IMG/VR virus record: IMGVR_UViG_3300028768_000001
Location: 1 to 63,881 of that record
Reading direction: 5' to 3' (one strand)
Source: a virus
Taxonomy: Duplodnaviria > Caudoviricetes
Length of the DNA: 63,881 nucleotides
Part shown: positions 36,301 to 45,161 of the stretch, piece by piece
Position numbering within the stretch: the first letter of the stretch is position 1
Layout of the letters: each line of letters opens with the position of its first letter
Program-made: the position numbers and the translations under genes
Notes under the pieces: model-generated
Databases searched by the model: none
What the model was told of the DNA's origin: nothing
The model's input: the letters and a program-made list of their open reading frames with translations, nothing else

Positions 36301-39300
36301 CTGTTTTCGATGCGAAGACTTCCGGCCAGTATAGTCCGCAGCGCGATCGCATCGAGATCAATCAAGGGCATGAATCCGAAGCGACGGTTCTGCACGAGGC
36401 AACGCACGCCGGGCTCTTTCATACCATCGAGCAAGCTCGGTTGATCGATCAGCCGGGGAGTCAGCGCGAGGCGCAGATGAAACAGGCGCTGCGCGATTGG
36501 GAAGCCATTCGCCAAGGCGCGCTGGAGCACACCTCGGCCGATCAGCAGTACGGGCTGAAAAACGCGCATGAGTTCGCCGCCGAGCTGATGAGCAACCCGA
36601 GTTTTCAGGACTTTCTCAAAGGCTTGACGGCGGGTGGCCAGCGCGCTTCGTTGTGGACGCGGGCGGTCGATGCGGTACGGCGTTTCCTGGGCTTGCATGT
36701 CGATGCGCGTAATGCGTTGGAAAAAGCCATGGACGCCTCGAACGTGATGCTCGACGCGGCGAAGCAAAGCCGGGACTTTGAGGCGTCGCCGCAGGGGGCG
36801 GCGCGGGCGCTCGATGCGACGCTCGAACCGTTGGCGAAGCGTGCCGATGAATGGGGCAGTAAGGTGCCGATGCAGGCGGTCGGCCGGGACGTGTTCGGGC
36901 GCATGCTCCAGTGGAAGACGGTTGACTTCATTGCGCATCAAGTGCGTGGCAATGCGGATATGGTGCGCTCGGGCTTTGCCAAGATGCTCGATGCATATCG
37001 GCGGGCGCGCGATGATCGGCGTATTGCGGCGCGCAGCATTGCCGATCCGTTGGGCAAGTATGTCGATCGGGTCGATTCGGCCTTGCGCGTGACGAACGAT
37101 TACAAGGGCCTGCGTAATCAAATGATGACGGTCGGTGGCGAGGCATCGATTGGCGGGTTCGATTATCGCCAGAATTTTGCTGGTAACGTCAAGGCGGGCC
37201 GCGCGCTGGACGCGTCAAGCAAGTCGTGGGTCGACGAGATCCATCGGCAATACACGCAGCTGGCGAAGGCGCAGCCCAAGCTCGCGCAGCTGCTCGTGGA
37301 AGGTGAGCAGCATTACCGCAAGCAGCTGGTGCAGACGACGGCGGTGCTGGGCAGCAATTTGATGGGCGCGCGCACGGGTATCGTGCCGCGACTCGAAGCG
37401 GAACTGGCGCGGTTGCCGCCCAATGATGCGAGTCGGGCGCGCTTGGAAAATCAGTTGGCGGGCGCGCGCACCGAGGCGGCGTTCGTGAATCAGCATTTGC
37501 GCGGGCTCGACATGCTGGGCGCAGACTTGAAGACGGTACGCAATGGCGATGCGTATGCACATCTGGATGGCGCGAGTTATCAGCTGGCGTCGCGCTTGAG
37601 TGCGGCGTTCAAGGCCGCACGCGAGCAGCTGCCGGAGGGTAATGCCTTGCGTGCGCAGCTCGCGACCTTGGAAGGCGCGTACGCGCCGCAGGTGCGCAAC
37701 CCGTATTTCAGCTTGGGGCGCGATGGCGATTACTTCGTCAATATCGCGTTCAAGGGCAAGGTCGATGCGCAGACGCAGGCCAAGTTGCAAGCGGCGCTGA
37801 AAGGCTCGAACAAGGTGTTGGGCAATCTTGCCGGTCAGGATCACGCGTTTTTCCGGGTGCGCTCAAGTGATCAGGCGGCGGGGCTGTTTCGCAAGCTGGT
37901 GGCCGCGGGGGGCGATGCGCTTGATGTGGGGAAGTCCGCGCCGGGGCGGCTTGAAAATAAGGCGACGCTCAGTGCGTCCGGCGTCTCCCCTGCCCTGCGG
38001 CAGCTGGAACAGGCGCTGCACGAAGGCGTCGAGCTTGATTCTTCGCTGACGCCCGATCAGGCATTCCAGATGAAGCAGACGCTCACGCGCTCGCTGCTCT
38101 CGATGCTGCCGGAGACGAGTGCGCGTAGTGCCTCGATGCAGCGGCGCGGGGTGCCGGGATATGATGCCGATTTTGTCGGCAACTTCGCACGGCGCTCGTC
38201 CGGTGCGGTGCAGGAGATCTCGAATCTCTACACGAACCGGCAGTTTGCCGCCGCGCTCAAGGGCATGAAAGATTCGGCGACGGCCATGAATCGGGGCGGC
38301 GCGATGCAGGACTCGGCCGAGCGGGCGCAGCGGGTGGCGGACGAGATTAACCAGCGCTACGCCAATGGCATGACACCGTTCGATAATGCGCATGTCAATT
38401 TGGTCAACTCGTTGGGCAACAGTTTTTATCTGGCGCTCTCCCCGGCTTTTCTGATTCGCACGATGGCGCAGCCTTGGCATCGTGGGCTGCCGCTGTTGGC
38501 TGCGCGGTTCGGTGCGGTGCGCTCCGCGCGTGAGCTGGCCGGGGCCACGGGTACGGCGATCAAGCTGATCCAGCAATCGATCGCGGCGGGATGGCAAGAA
38601 GGCGGCGTGCGCGGCGCGATGAATACTGGCTTGCGGTTCAAGGATCTCGGCTTGCCGCCCGCCGATACGGCCTTTATGCAGGAGATGCACGATCGCGGCG
38701 TGTTCGAGTTGGGTAACGCGCAGCAGCTGCAGCAACTGATGACCGGCGCGCCCCAGTGGCAGCGTGACGTGACGCGCGTGGCGTCGGCCGTGGCGCAGTA
38801 CTCCGAGATGACGAATCGGATGATTACCGGGCTGGCGGCTTTTCGGATGGCGATGCGCGAGCGGGGCATGGCACCGCAGGCGGCCACCGACTTCGCGATG
38901 GAAACCGTCAATAACGTGATGGACAATTTCGACCCGGAGAATACGGCGCGCGCGACGAGCAAGTTCGGCATGGCGGGCAAGGTGACGCCGCTGATGTCGG
39001 CGTTCATGAACTATCGATTGCAGACGATGCAGCAGATCGCGCGCACGGTGCAAGATGGTTTTTTTGCTAAGCCGTTGCCGGGCGAGTCAGCCGAGCAGCT
39101 GGGCGTGCGCAAAGCCCAGGCGCAAAAGGAATTTGGGGGCTTGCTGGCGACCACGGCGATGATCTCGGGGGTGATGGGCCTGCCCTTTGCCACTGCGTTC
39201 GCGGGGCTGTATAACCAGACGCGGGCGCTGACGAATCCGAACGATCCGAACGACGTGCGCGGCGACGTACGCAACTTCCTGAATAACACCTTTGGCGGTA

Positions 39301-40019
39301 CGGCCGGCGACATTATCGCGAACGGTGTGGGCCACACGATCAACATGGATACGAGCACGTTCGGGCTGCAGGACTTGCTGCCGTTTTCCGAGTTTTTGGC
39401 TTCGCGGCAGAAGTGGCAGGATCGGATCGAAGCGCAATCGCAGCAGCTGCTCGGCCCGGCGCTAAATGCCGGGATTGACATCGCGCTCGGGGCGAGCAAG
39501 ATCTATGACGGTAATTACATCAAGGGTATCGAGCAGATGTTGCCCTCGGGGCTGAAACCGGCTTACAAGGTGGCCGAGCTGACCGGTGCGCTGGGCCCGG
39601 GCGGCTATACCAACAGCAAGGGATTGTCGCTGCCGGCGCCGTTCGATAAGGCGGGGGGCTGGGATGTCTTGCTGCAGGGCCTGGGGTTTCGCACGGGAGC
39701 GAAGGCAACCCATGATGAAGCGCAGGCTGAACTCTCGGCGACCGACCAGCAGCTGGAGTCGCGCCGCGAGGTATTGGGCCAGCGGCTCTTGCGCGCGCAG
39801 GGCGACCCAGCTGCGACGCAAAATGCGCTTTCGGATGTGAAAGCCTTCAATCTGGAAAACCCGTGGTCGCCGATGCGTAATTTGGGTGAAGTGTTTCGGC
39901 GCCATGCGATCGAGCAGGCGATCGGCGCGGCGACGGGGACCGGCATTGCGGCCGGCCGGCGCGATATTCCGCGGATTCGTCGTGATTTGGGCTACGCCGC
40001 GATGCCGGCAGGGCAATAA
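33366..40019 (+). CDS. giant (2217 aa) ejection/polyvalent protein with a zincin-like metallopeptidase motif
   Basis: LHEATHA...HEFAAE; PYFSLGRDGDY (PLxRFG-like); hydrophobic G-rich segments. Confidence 0.8.
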   Translation: MADTLPGLDLTQFGATPQLDLSQFKPAKPTSPLGEIGTSALRGVLSGAPETVGQALQFVGAQDLGGAVRGFGERMGQASWLAAHPEGHGAVVRALSQGAEGIGTFLPAIGAGLVAGTVGAPETIAAGIGAVAAGALGGGSAGQQTLEKAEAKGVAPDAARTAANLNAAQSFAFNTVTGLVGGKMLGALGGPVGRLLGMEGPAQAEGVLSQLAGTEGVVKPLLKQLPMSAAEVTGAMVGQAGTQAAIERHYGVDETSPWEAMAQQIGPALGMTALMTPLGLAGRALGVRSAKARTDTLADAATSPEIRQQLAEQYTAALARVDPQKAAAFRANAQTAIDAKMGMPVNPTLFEPGAIAPPVSPLAEAGQVPRLPAPMARISPEPSGAQWTMPDGSVTSDINVVQAHIESLPPEQRDAVRAQIFGFEPAPYPVEGARYPTAPQAPVAAPATPQLTHEPAQGGNVVADGAGALYHAPVGQAFAFPDGSSSNDIRTAHEFITGLPEGERPAAWAKMIGLETPPAADVKTLDAHAQDVQALHGQVKDALAEAGVEPAQPATRAAFGEAQGLKGQELAKAYKAYLADPATHESLMRQDADRYQQLVAERAAAPAPALNRQAEQPMPAPARLNTQLADAMQTALHQKQVDAAYAAYDVLREHETGAIAHRARGEAEAAAAEAGTIQPDVNAPKALDEITRDADSVKQAAEGASDATMRAFDKRVENLGLDKLGSHPEQIDALVRAAEAGKMAVDVQTMMKSLAERWQADVPKTEAKVAALDGQPKVQAVLKGESAGKEKLVTEGGAPPPQAETLGKNIETPAPATAEQPAASARAQEALPANTALTPKQRAGALVDRLNAVLADFHTRDHNGERIEAMPELERQRYQDALDYRNSLSKIAKGETTSNGADWWRDMHDYVALAERPYLKPLEKQGPAEANTPLQARVAQGGKLSDTLAHLSEHGSTPGVQAVAARLNALGLDTTLHSAVFDAKTSGQYSPQRDRIEINQGHESEATVLHEATHAGLFHTIEQARLIDQPGSQREAQMKQALRDWEAIRQGALEHTSADQQYGLKNAHEFAAELMSNPSFQDFLKGLTAGGQRASLWTRAVDAVRRFLGLHVDARNALEKAMDASNVMLDAAKQSRDFEASPQGAARALDATLEPLAKRADEWGSKVPMQAVGRDVFGRMLQWKTVDFIAHQVRGNADMVRSGFAKMLDAYRRARDDRRIAARSIADPLGKYVDRVDSALRVTNDYKGLRNQMMTVGGEASIGGFDYRQNFAGNVKAGRALDASSKSWVDEIHRQYTQLAKAQPKLAQLLVEGEQHYRKQLVQTTAVLGSNLMGARTGIVPRLEAELARLPPNDASRARLENQLAGARTEAAFVNQHLRGLDMLGADLKTVRNGDAYAHLDGASYQLASRLSAAFKAAREQLPEGNALRAQLATLEGAYAPQVRNPYFSLGRDGDYFVNIAFKGKVDAQTQAKLQAALKGSNKVLGNLAGQDHAFFRVRSSDQAAGLFRKLVAAGGDALDVGKSAPGRLENKATLSASGVSPALRQLEQALHEGVELDSSLTPDQAFQMKQTLTRSLLSMLPETSARSASMQRRGVPGYDADFVGNFARRSSGAVQEISNLYTNRQFAAALKGMKDSATAMNRGGAMQDSAERAQRVADEINQRYANGMTPFDNAHVNLVNSLGNSFYLALSPAFLIRTMAQPWHRGLPLLAARFGAVRSARELAGATGTAIKLIQQSIAAGWQEGGVRGAMNTGLRFKDLGLPPADTAFMQEMHDRGVFELGNAQQLQQLMTGAPQWQRDVTRVASAVAQYSEMTNRMITGLAAFRMAMRERGMAPQAATDFAMETVNNVMDNFDPENTARATSKFGMAGKVTPLMSAFMNYRLQTMQQIARTVQDGFFAKPLPGESAEQLGVRKAQAQKEFGGLLATTAMISGVMGLPFATAFAGLYNQTRALTNPNDPNDVRGDVRNFLNNTFGGTAGDIIANGVGHTINMDTSTFGLQDLLPFSEFLASRQKWQDRIEAQSQQLLGPALNAGIDIALGASKIYDGNYIKGIEQMLPSGLKPAYKVAELTGALGPGGYTNSKGLSLPAPFDKAGGWDVLLQGLGFRTGAKATHDEAQAELSATDQQLESRREVLGQRLLRAQGDPAATQNALSDVKAFNLENPWSPMRNLGEVFRRHAIEQAIGAATGTGIAAGRRDIPRIRRDLGYAAMPAGQ

Positions 40020-40033
40020 CCGAGGGCCGCGCC

Positions 40034-40621
40034 ATGAGCTGCAATTTCAACCAGGACTTTTGTGTGGCAGCCGGCGAGACGTTCCGGCCGACGATTCGCT
40101 GGGCGCTCGATACGCTCGTGAGTACGCCGGTTACGGCGATCACGCAGGCCGCGCCCGCGGTGGTGACGGCGGTAAATCACGGTATGCCCGATGGTTGGCC
40201 GTGTGCCGTGGTGGCCGCGCAAGGCATGGTCCGGATCAACGCCGCGCGTTATCCGCCGCAAGGCAGTGACTGGACCAAAGGTACGGTCGTCGACGTGGAC
40301 ACCGTGCAGCTTAATCAGATTAGCTCGGCCGAGTATTTGGCCTACACGTCGGGCGGCTTTCTGGTCTATCAGCGCCCCGCGGATCTGATTGGCGTGTCGG
40401 CCAAGATGACGATTTGGGGCACGCCTGACGAGAACGATACGCCGCTTGCGATGCTGCTTTCCAGTAATGGCGGCGTGCTGATCGATCCGGTGGCGATGAC
40501 GCTCACGCCGGTGTTGCAGACGGCGGGGCTGGCATGGCAGCTGGGTTATTTTCGCTTCGATGTGACCGATCAGAGCGGTGCGATTACGCAGCTGATGACC
40601 GGTACATTCGCGATTGAATAA
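40034..40621 (+). CDS. virion structural protein (FCCH-like beta insert)
   Basis: TAITQAAPAVVTAVNHG pattern. Confidence 0.6.
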   Translation: MSCNFNQDFCVAAGETFRPTIRWALDTLVSTPVTAITQAAPAVVTAVNHGMPDGWPCAVVAAQGMVRINAARYPPQGSDWTKGTVVDVDTVQLNQISSAEYLAYTSGGFLVYQRPADLIGVSAKMTIWGTPDENDTPLAMLLSSNGGVLIDPVAMTLTPVLQTAGLAWQLGYFRFDVTDQSGAITQLMTGTFAIE

Positions 40622-40631
40622 GGAGTCGGCG

Positions 40632-40805
40632 ATGCCACTCGCTCAAGGTAAGTCGCGCGCGGCGCTCAGTCAGAATATCAAGACCGAGATGAAAGCCGGG
40701 CGGCCGCAAAAGCAGGCGGTCGCGATCGCGTTATCCGAGGCGCGTAAGGGTGACAAGCGTAGCAATCTTGGTATGGTGGCTGCACCGAAGAAAATGGCGA
40801 AGTGA
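40632..40805 (+). CDS. small basic protein (MPL..GKS...S.NI..E...G.P.KQAVAIAL family)
   Basis: Recognisable motif; AAGGAG RBS. Confidence 0.75.
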   Translation: MPLAQGKSRAALSQNIKTEMKAGRPQKQAVAIALSEARKGDKRSNLGMVAAPKKMAK

Positions 40806-40812
40806 GGTCAAG

Positions 40813-41025
40813 ATGGCAATGGTCCCGGTTTATGTCGATGGTGTAGCGACTGAGATGGATGAGCGCGCGTTGCATAAGCTCAAAGGCGGTTACGAGAGCG
40901 ATAACGAGATTGTCGGCTGGGTGCAGTATCACTTGAAGTCGACCGGCGCGATGGTGCATCGTAGCGCGCATGTGCATCTCAAGAGGGCGATTTTTGGCGA
41001 GGGCATGGCAGCCGAGATCGGCTGA
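40813..41025 (+). CDS. hypothetical protein
   Basis: GAGGT RBS. Confidence 0.65.
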   Translation: MAMVPVYVDGVATEMDERALHKLKGGYESDNEIVGWVQYHLKSTGAMVHRSAHVHLKRAIFGEGMAAEIG

Positions 41026-41038
41026 TTTTTTGACCGGA

Positions 41039-41059
41039 TTACTTAGGAGTCCTAAATGG
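41039..41059. promoter_or_regulatory. operator-like palindrome containing the RBS and start codon
   Basis: TTACTTAGGA-G-TCCTAAATGG. Confidence 0.65.
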
Positions 41060-41517
41060 CTGCTAACGCTCAAGCGATGTGCACGAGTTTCAAACAGGAT
41101 TTGCTGAACGGCTTGCATGCGTTTGGTACGTCGGTGGTGCGGGGCTCGACCGCGGCGGATTCGTTCAAGGCCGCGCTGTATTTGACGAATCAATCCATGG
41201 GGGCCGCGAGCACGGCCTATTCGGCCACGGGTGAGGTGTCGGGCACCGGCTATACGGCAGGCGGCGTGGCCGTGACGTTTGGCACGGCGCCGACCACGAG
41301 TGGCACCACGGCCTATGTGACGCCCTCGGCCAGCATCGTCTACACGGGGGTGACGCTCGCGACGGCGTTCGATTGCGTGATGGTTTACAACAATACGGCG
41401 GCGAGCAAGAACGCCGTGTCGGTCCATACGTTCGGGGCACAGACGATCACCGCGGGCACGCTCACGCTGACGATGCCGACGAATGACGCGAGCAATGCGC
41501 TGCTGCGGTTGGCGTAA
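41056..41517 (+). CDS. virion structural/fibre-associated protein
   Basis: MCTSFK..LL...FKAALY...EVSGTGYTAGG pattern. Confidence 0.75.
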   Translation: MAANAQAMCTSFKQDLLNGLHAFGTSVVRGSTAADSFKAALYLTNQSMGAASTAYSATGEVSGTGYTAGGVAVTFGTAPTTSGTTAYVTPSASIVYTGVTLATAFDCVMVYNNTAASKNAVSVHTFGAQTITAGTLTLTMPTNDASNALLRLA

Positions 41518-41529
41518 CGGAGGTTCGGC

Positions 41530-42513
41530 ATGGCAGTGACTTTCTATCGCTCGACCGACACGTCGGCGCCGAGCCTGACCGGCGCGGTCGGTTCGCTGGT
41601 CGCGCTGCTCGATGCCTGCCTCGTCAACGGCTATGGCTCGCAAGCTGCGGCTGGGTGGACGATTGCGTACACGGCCACGAACAAGCGCGACTACAAGCAG
41701 GGCACCGGTTCGAACGGTTATTACCTCGACGTGGATGACTCGGCACCCACGACCGCGAAGGAAGCACGCATGCGCGGCTATGAAACCATGTCAGCGCTTG
41801 CAACGGGCACCCAGGCATTTCCCACCAGCGCGCAATCGTCCTTTGGTGATATCTGCCGCAAGTCGAATACCGCCGACGCGACCGCGCGCCCCTGGTATTG
41901 CATTGCCGACGCGACCTGTTTTTATCTGTTCGTCGATACCGGCGACTTTACCGGTCCGGCTTATTCGTGCGGTTTTATGTTTGGCGACTTTTTCAGCTAC
42001 AAATCGGGGGATATTTACAACACGGCCATTGTCGGGCGCAAAGCCGAAAATTCGTCGAGTGATGTGGATGAATGGTTGCAGGTTATTAATAGCAGTGCCA
42101 ATGCGCTTATTTCGACCGCGTGGCCCACAGGCCATTATGTTGATCGGCACTGGACGGGCGTGGGGGGCTCGCTGCCCTTTTCAAAGTTTGCCTCACTGCT
42201 TGCGGGCCTGAGTTCCGGCACAGGGGGCAATAACACCGGGTCGAGCATTTCACTGTGTGCTTACCCGAATGGTCCCGATGGCGCGCTGGAATTATCGCCC
42301 CTCTGGATCGGCCATCAAGGCAATGTGCGGGGCTATCTGAAAGGGCTTTGGTGTCCCCTGCATTTTCAGCCGTGCGGGCATGGCGATACGTTTACGGGCA
42401 CGGGCAATATGGCGGGCAAGTCATTTCTCGCGCTCAATATGCGCAACAGTAATGTGGCCGGTAGCGGCTTGTTAGGCCAGATCGTCGTCGAAACCAGCAA
42501 CACGTGGAGTTGA
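41530..42513 (+). CDS. virion structural/tail protein
   Basis: APSL.G..GSL...LDACLVNGYG...AGW pattern. Confidence 0.7.
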   Translation: MAVTFYRSTDTSAPSLTGAVGSLVALLDACLVNGYGSQAAAGWTIAYTATNKRDYKQGTGSNGYYLDVDDSAPTTAKEARMRGYETMSALATGTQAFPTSAQSSFGDICRKSNTADATARPWYCIADATCFYLFVDTGDFTGPAYSCGFMFGDFFSYKSGDIYNTAIVGRKAENSSSDVDEWLQVINSSANALISTAWPTGHYVDRHWTGVGGSLPFSKFASLLAGLSSGTGGNNTGSSISLCAYPNGPDGALELSPLWIGHQGNVRGYLKGLWCPLHFQPCGHGDTFTGTGNMAGKSFLALNMRNSNVAGSGLLGQIVVETSNTWS

Positions 42514-42517
42514 TGCC

Positions 42518-43267
42518 ATGGCGGCCCACGTCTACTGGCGCCTTAACTTCGCGACGCCGAACAACGGCAATAACCCAGCGATTTGCGAACTGGCGATGCA
42601 TACGAGCGTCGGGGGCGCGGACGTCTGCACGGGCGGCACGGCGGGCGGCACGAACATCAATGGCAGTTTTCCGGCGGCGAATGCGTTCGACGGCAACTTG
42701 ACCAGCACAGACTGTCAGACCACCGCGACGCCCAGCACGATCAGCTATCAATTTGGTAGCGCGAAAGCGATCGTCGAATATGTCGTGACGGCCTCGGCGA
42801 CGCTCGCCGCGACGTATGGGCCGCAAACGTGGACGTTCGATTATAGCGATGACGGCGCGGCGTGGACGGTGGCCGCGTATGCGCGTGGGCAGGTCTCGTG
42901 GGGCGTGAGTGAAGCGCGCACCTTTCCCGTCAACGCCGGTGCCGGAACGGCGCAGCAGTTCAAAGCGCTATCGCCCGCGACAAGTCAAGGTGTGGCGAGC
43001 GCGGGGGGCTCGGTGCAGCTGGGTCACGCCCCGACGCCTGGGCCGAAGACGGTATCGGGTACCGTGACGGTCAACGGCGTCGCAACCGCGGGCTTGCTCG
43101 TGCGGGCTTACGCGAAGGTAACCGGTGAATACATCGGGCAGGCGACGACGGATGGCAGCGGCAACTACGCGATCCAGTGCGGGGCGAATTGGGCCGACGT
43201 GTACGTGCTTGCGTTCGACCCGAGCGTGGGGCAAGCGCTGGTTTTCGATCAAATCGTGCCGGCCTAA
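42518..43267 (+). CDS. tail-associated protein with discoidin (F5/8-like) and carboxypeptidase-regulatory-like domains
   Basis: YWRL...A.NAFDG...P..WT...SDDG..WT; C-terminal T.TDG.G.Y. Confidence 0.65.
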   Translation: MAAHVYWRLNFATPNNGNNPAICELAMHTSVGGADVCTGGTAGGTNINGSFPAANAFDGNLTSTDCQTTATPSTISYQFGSAKAIVEYVVTASATLAATYGPQTWTFDYSDDGAAWTVAAYARGQVSWGVSEARTFPVNAGAGTAQQFKALSPATSQGVASAGGSVQLGHAPTPGPKTVSGTVTVNGVATAGLLVRAYAKVTGEYIGQATTDGSGNYAIQCGANWADVYVLAFDPSVGQALVFDQIVPA

Positions 43268-43279
43268 AAGGAGCGGACG

Positions 43280-44623
43280 ATGGTGATGCAAATTGCGGAT
43301 CGCGTGAAAGAGACCACCACGACGACGGGCACAGGCGCGTTTGCGCTGGCGGGGGCGATTGGCGGGTTTCGTGCGTTCAGTGCGGTGCTGGCCAATCAGG
43401 ACACGTGCTGCTATACCGCGCAGGCAGTCGACACGAATGGCAATCCGACCGGCGACTGGGAGATCGGCATCGGCACCTACACTGCCTCGGGCAATACGCT
43501 CGCGCGCACGGTGCTGTTGGCTTCATCCACGGGCGCTGCGGTCAGCTTTTCGGCTGGCACCAAGCAGCTATGGGTCGATCTACCCGCGGCGCAAATCGGC
43601 GCGCTGAGCGGATGTAACCGCATCATTAATGGTGCGTGCAATGTGGCGCAGCGCGGTTCATCGGTGGCGGTTTCAACGTCGGGGGTTCTATTTGGCGGGC
43701 CGGATAGATTCCGCGCAGTCCTGGACGCGTCCGCGGGGGGGCAGTTTACTCAAAGCTGGGGGACGATTACCTATGGAGGCGTTGCGCGCAATGCGGTAGT
43801 GCAGACGGTCAATACGGCGATTGCCAGTAGGGCCAGCACTAATGCCTGGGAAGGAATCAATCAAATTGTCGAAGGTGTCAATTGTTTCGATTTGGTCGGA
43901 CAGCCCGTCGTACTGTCGTTCCTTTTTAACACCAATGTCACCGGTATATATAGTGTAAGTCTTCAAGACGGGGGTGGTGGAAATTCGTACACCACGACCT
44001 TTAACGCGACCGCCAACACGCCGGTCAAGGTGGTGATTCCGATTACCTCGCTGCCGACATCACTCAGTGTGCCGAATAACACTGGGTCAGGATTGATCGC
44101 GCGGATCGGCGCGTTGAATACCGGCACGTTTCAGGCGCCTGCCCTTAACGCGTGGCAGTCCGGGCTGTATTTTACCGCGAGCGGCGCGACCAATTGGGGG
44201 GCGACGGCGGCTAACTTTATTGCGGCTGCGGAGATCCAGCTTGAGCCTGGCGTGGTGGCGACGCCATTTACCCGGTTGCCGTACACGCAGGATCTTGCAT
44301 TGTGCCAGCGGTATTTACTGCGCATTGGATCGGGGTCTGGACTTGAGATGGTCGCCACGGGAATGATAACCAGTGCCGCGGTGATTTTGGCGACTATCAA
44401 TTTCCCAGTTGCCATGCGCACGAAGTCACCCACGCTGCTGACATCCAATATGGTTGGCTCCAGCGCGACTTCGGCCGTGAATGGCTCGTCGCAGGCACTG
44501 ACGTGGGGCGGTACGCAGGTAACGGGGTATCAATTGACCTGTAGCGGGGCGGCGTGGACAACGGGGCAAGCGGGGCTGATCTATGCCAACGCTGGGTTCT
44601 TTCAACTCGATTGTGAAATTTGA
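43280..44623 (+). CDS. tail fibre protein
   Basis: ADRVKETTTTTGTG...WE.G.GT N-terminus; NRIING...V.QRG and QLE.G..ATPF...LALCQRY C-terminal module. Confidence 0.8.
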   Translation: MVMQIADRVKETTTTTGTGAFALAGAIGGFRAFSAVLANQDTCCYTAQAVDTNGNPTGDWEIGIGTYTASGNTLARTVLLASSTGAAVSFSAGTKQLWVDLPAAQIGALSGCNRIINGACNVAQRGSSVAVSTSGVLFGGPDRFRAVLDASAGGQFTQSWGTITYGGVARNAVVQTVNTAIASRASTNAWEGINQIVEGVNCFDLVGQPVVLSFLFNTNVTGIYSVSLQDGGGGNSYTTTFNATANTPVKVVIPITSLPTSLSVPNNTGSGLIARIGALNTGTFQAPALNAWQSGLYFTASGATNWGATAANFIAAAEIQLEPGVVATPFTRLPYTQDLALCQRYLLRIGSGSGLEMVATGMITSAAVILATINFPVAMRTKSPTLLTSNMVGSSATSAVNGSSQALTWGGTQVTGYQLTCSGAAWTTGQAGLIYANAGFFQLDCEI

Positions 44624-44631
44624 GGCCGCTC

Positions 44632-44832
44632 ATGTACGCAATGCTTAAAAATGGTGATGTCCTGCGTATGTCGGATGGGGCGCAATTTCCGCCTGATATG
44701 GTTAATCGCGACTATGTGGCGTTTTTGGCATGGCTCGCAGCCGGCAATACGCCTGCGCCTGCGCCCTTGTCGGCGGCCGAACTTAACCCGTCATCTGACG
44801 GCATCTTTGGAGGTCAGGTATGGCAGTTCTAA
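44632..44832 (+). CDS. putative tail fibre assembly chaperone
   Basis: R..DGA..P.D..N.DY..FL.WL..GN.P.PA pattern right after the fibre. Confidence 0.65.
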   Translation: MYAMLKNGDVLRMSDGAQFPPDMVNRDYVAFLAWLAAGNTPAPAPLSAAELNPSSDGIFGGQVWQF

Positions 44833-45152
44833 ACTATATCGCCGCCGCGCGAGACGACGCCTTCGCCGCGCGGGTCGCGTTCATCCTGATGACGTTGTGC
44901 ATCAACGTGGCCAATGAAGACCCCACGACCGCGAATCATGCGAACCGGCTGCATTTTGCGCAGCTGCACTTCCGAGCGTCGATCAACACCAAGGCGCTGG
45001 CGGCCGGGGCCATCGCCTATAACGCGACGCTACAAAGCGAGATTAACAGCAACCCCGCGCTGCGTGGCTCGAACGTGCCGGACAGCGATTTGCAATACGT
45101 GCTCGGCGGACTGTACGACAACTTCGCGAACGCCTACGCCACGGTCACGTAA
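44820..45152 (+). CDS. hypothetical virion-associated protein
   Basis: GGAGG RBS, 110 aa. Confidence 0.65.
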   Translation: MAVLNYIAAARDDAFAARVAFILMTLCINVANEDPTTANHANRLHFAQLHFRASINTKALAAGAIAYNATLQSEINSNPALRGSNVPDSDLQYVLGGLYDNFANAYATVT

Positions 45153-45161
45153 GGAGCAGTC

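Noticed and set aside
16023-39053. Long antisense ORFs (e.g. 16023-17498, 18014-19798, 23372-25300, 33429-34793, 35835-37121)
   Set aside because: Arg/His-rich shadow frames expected opposite real genes in GC-rich DNA; no motifs or RBS.
33366-40019. N4-like virion RNA polymerase or DarB-like antirestriction protein
   Set aside because: No RNAP, methyltransferase or helicase motifs recognised, despite the N4-gp56-type capsid.
43280-44623. Diversity-generating retroelement target
   Set aside because: No reverse transcriptase in the genome and no TR/VR repeat pair seen.
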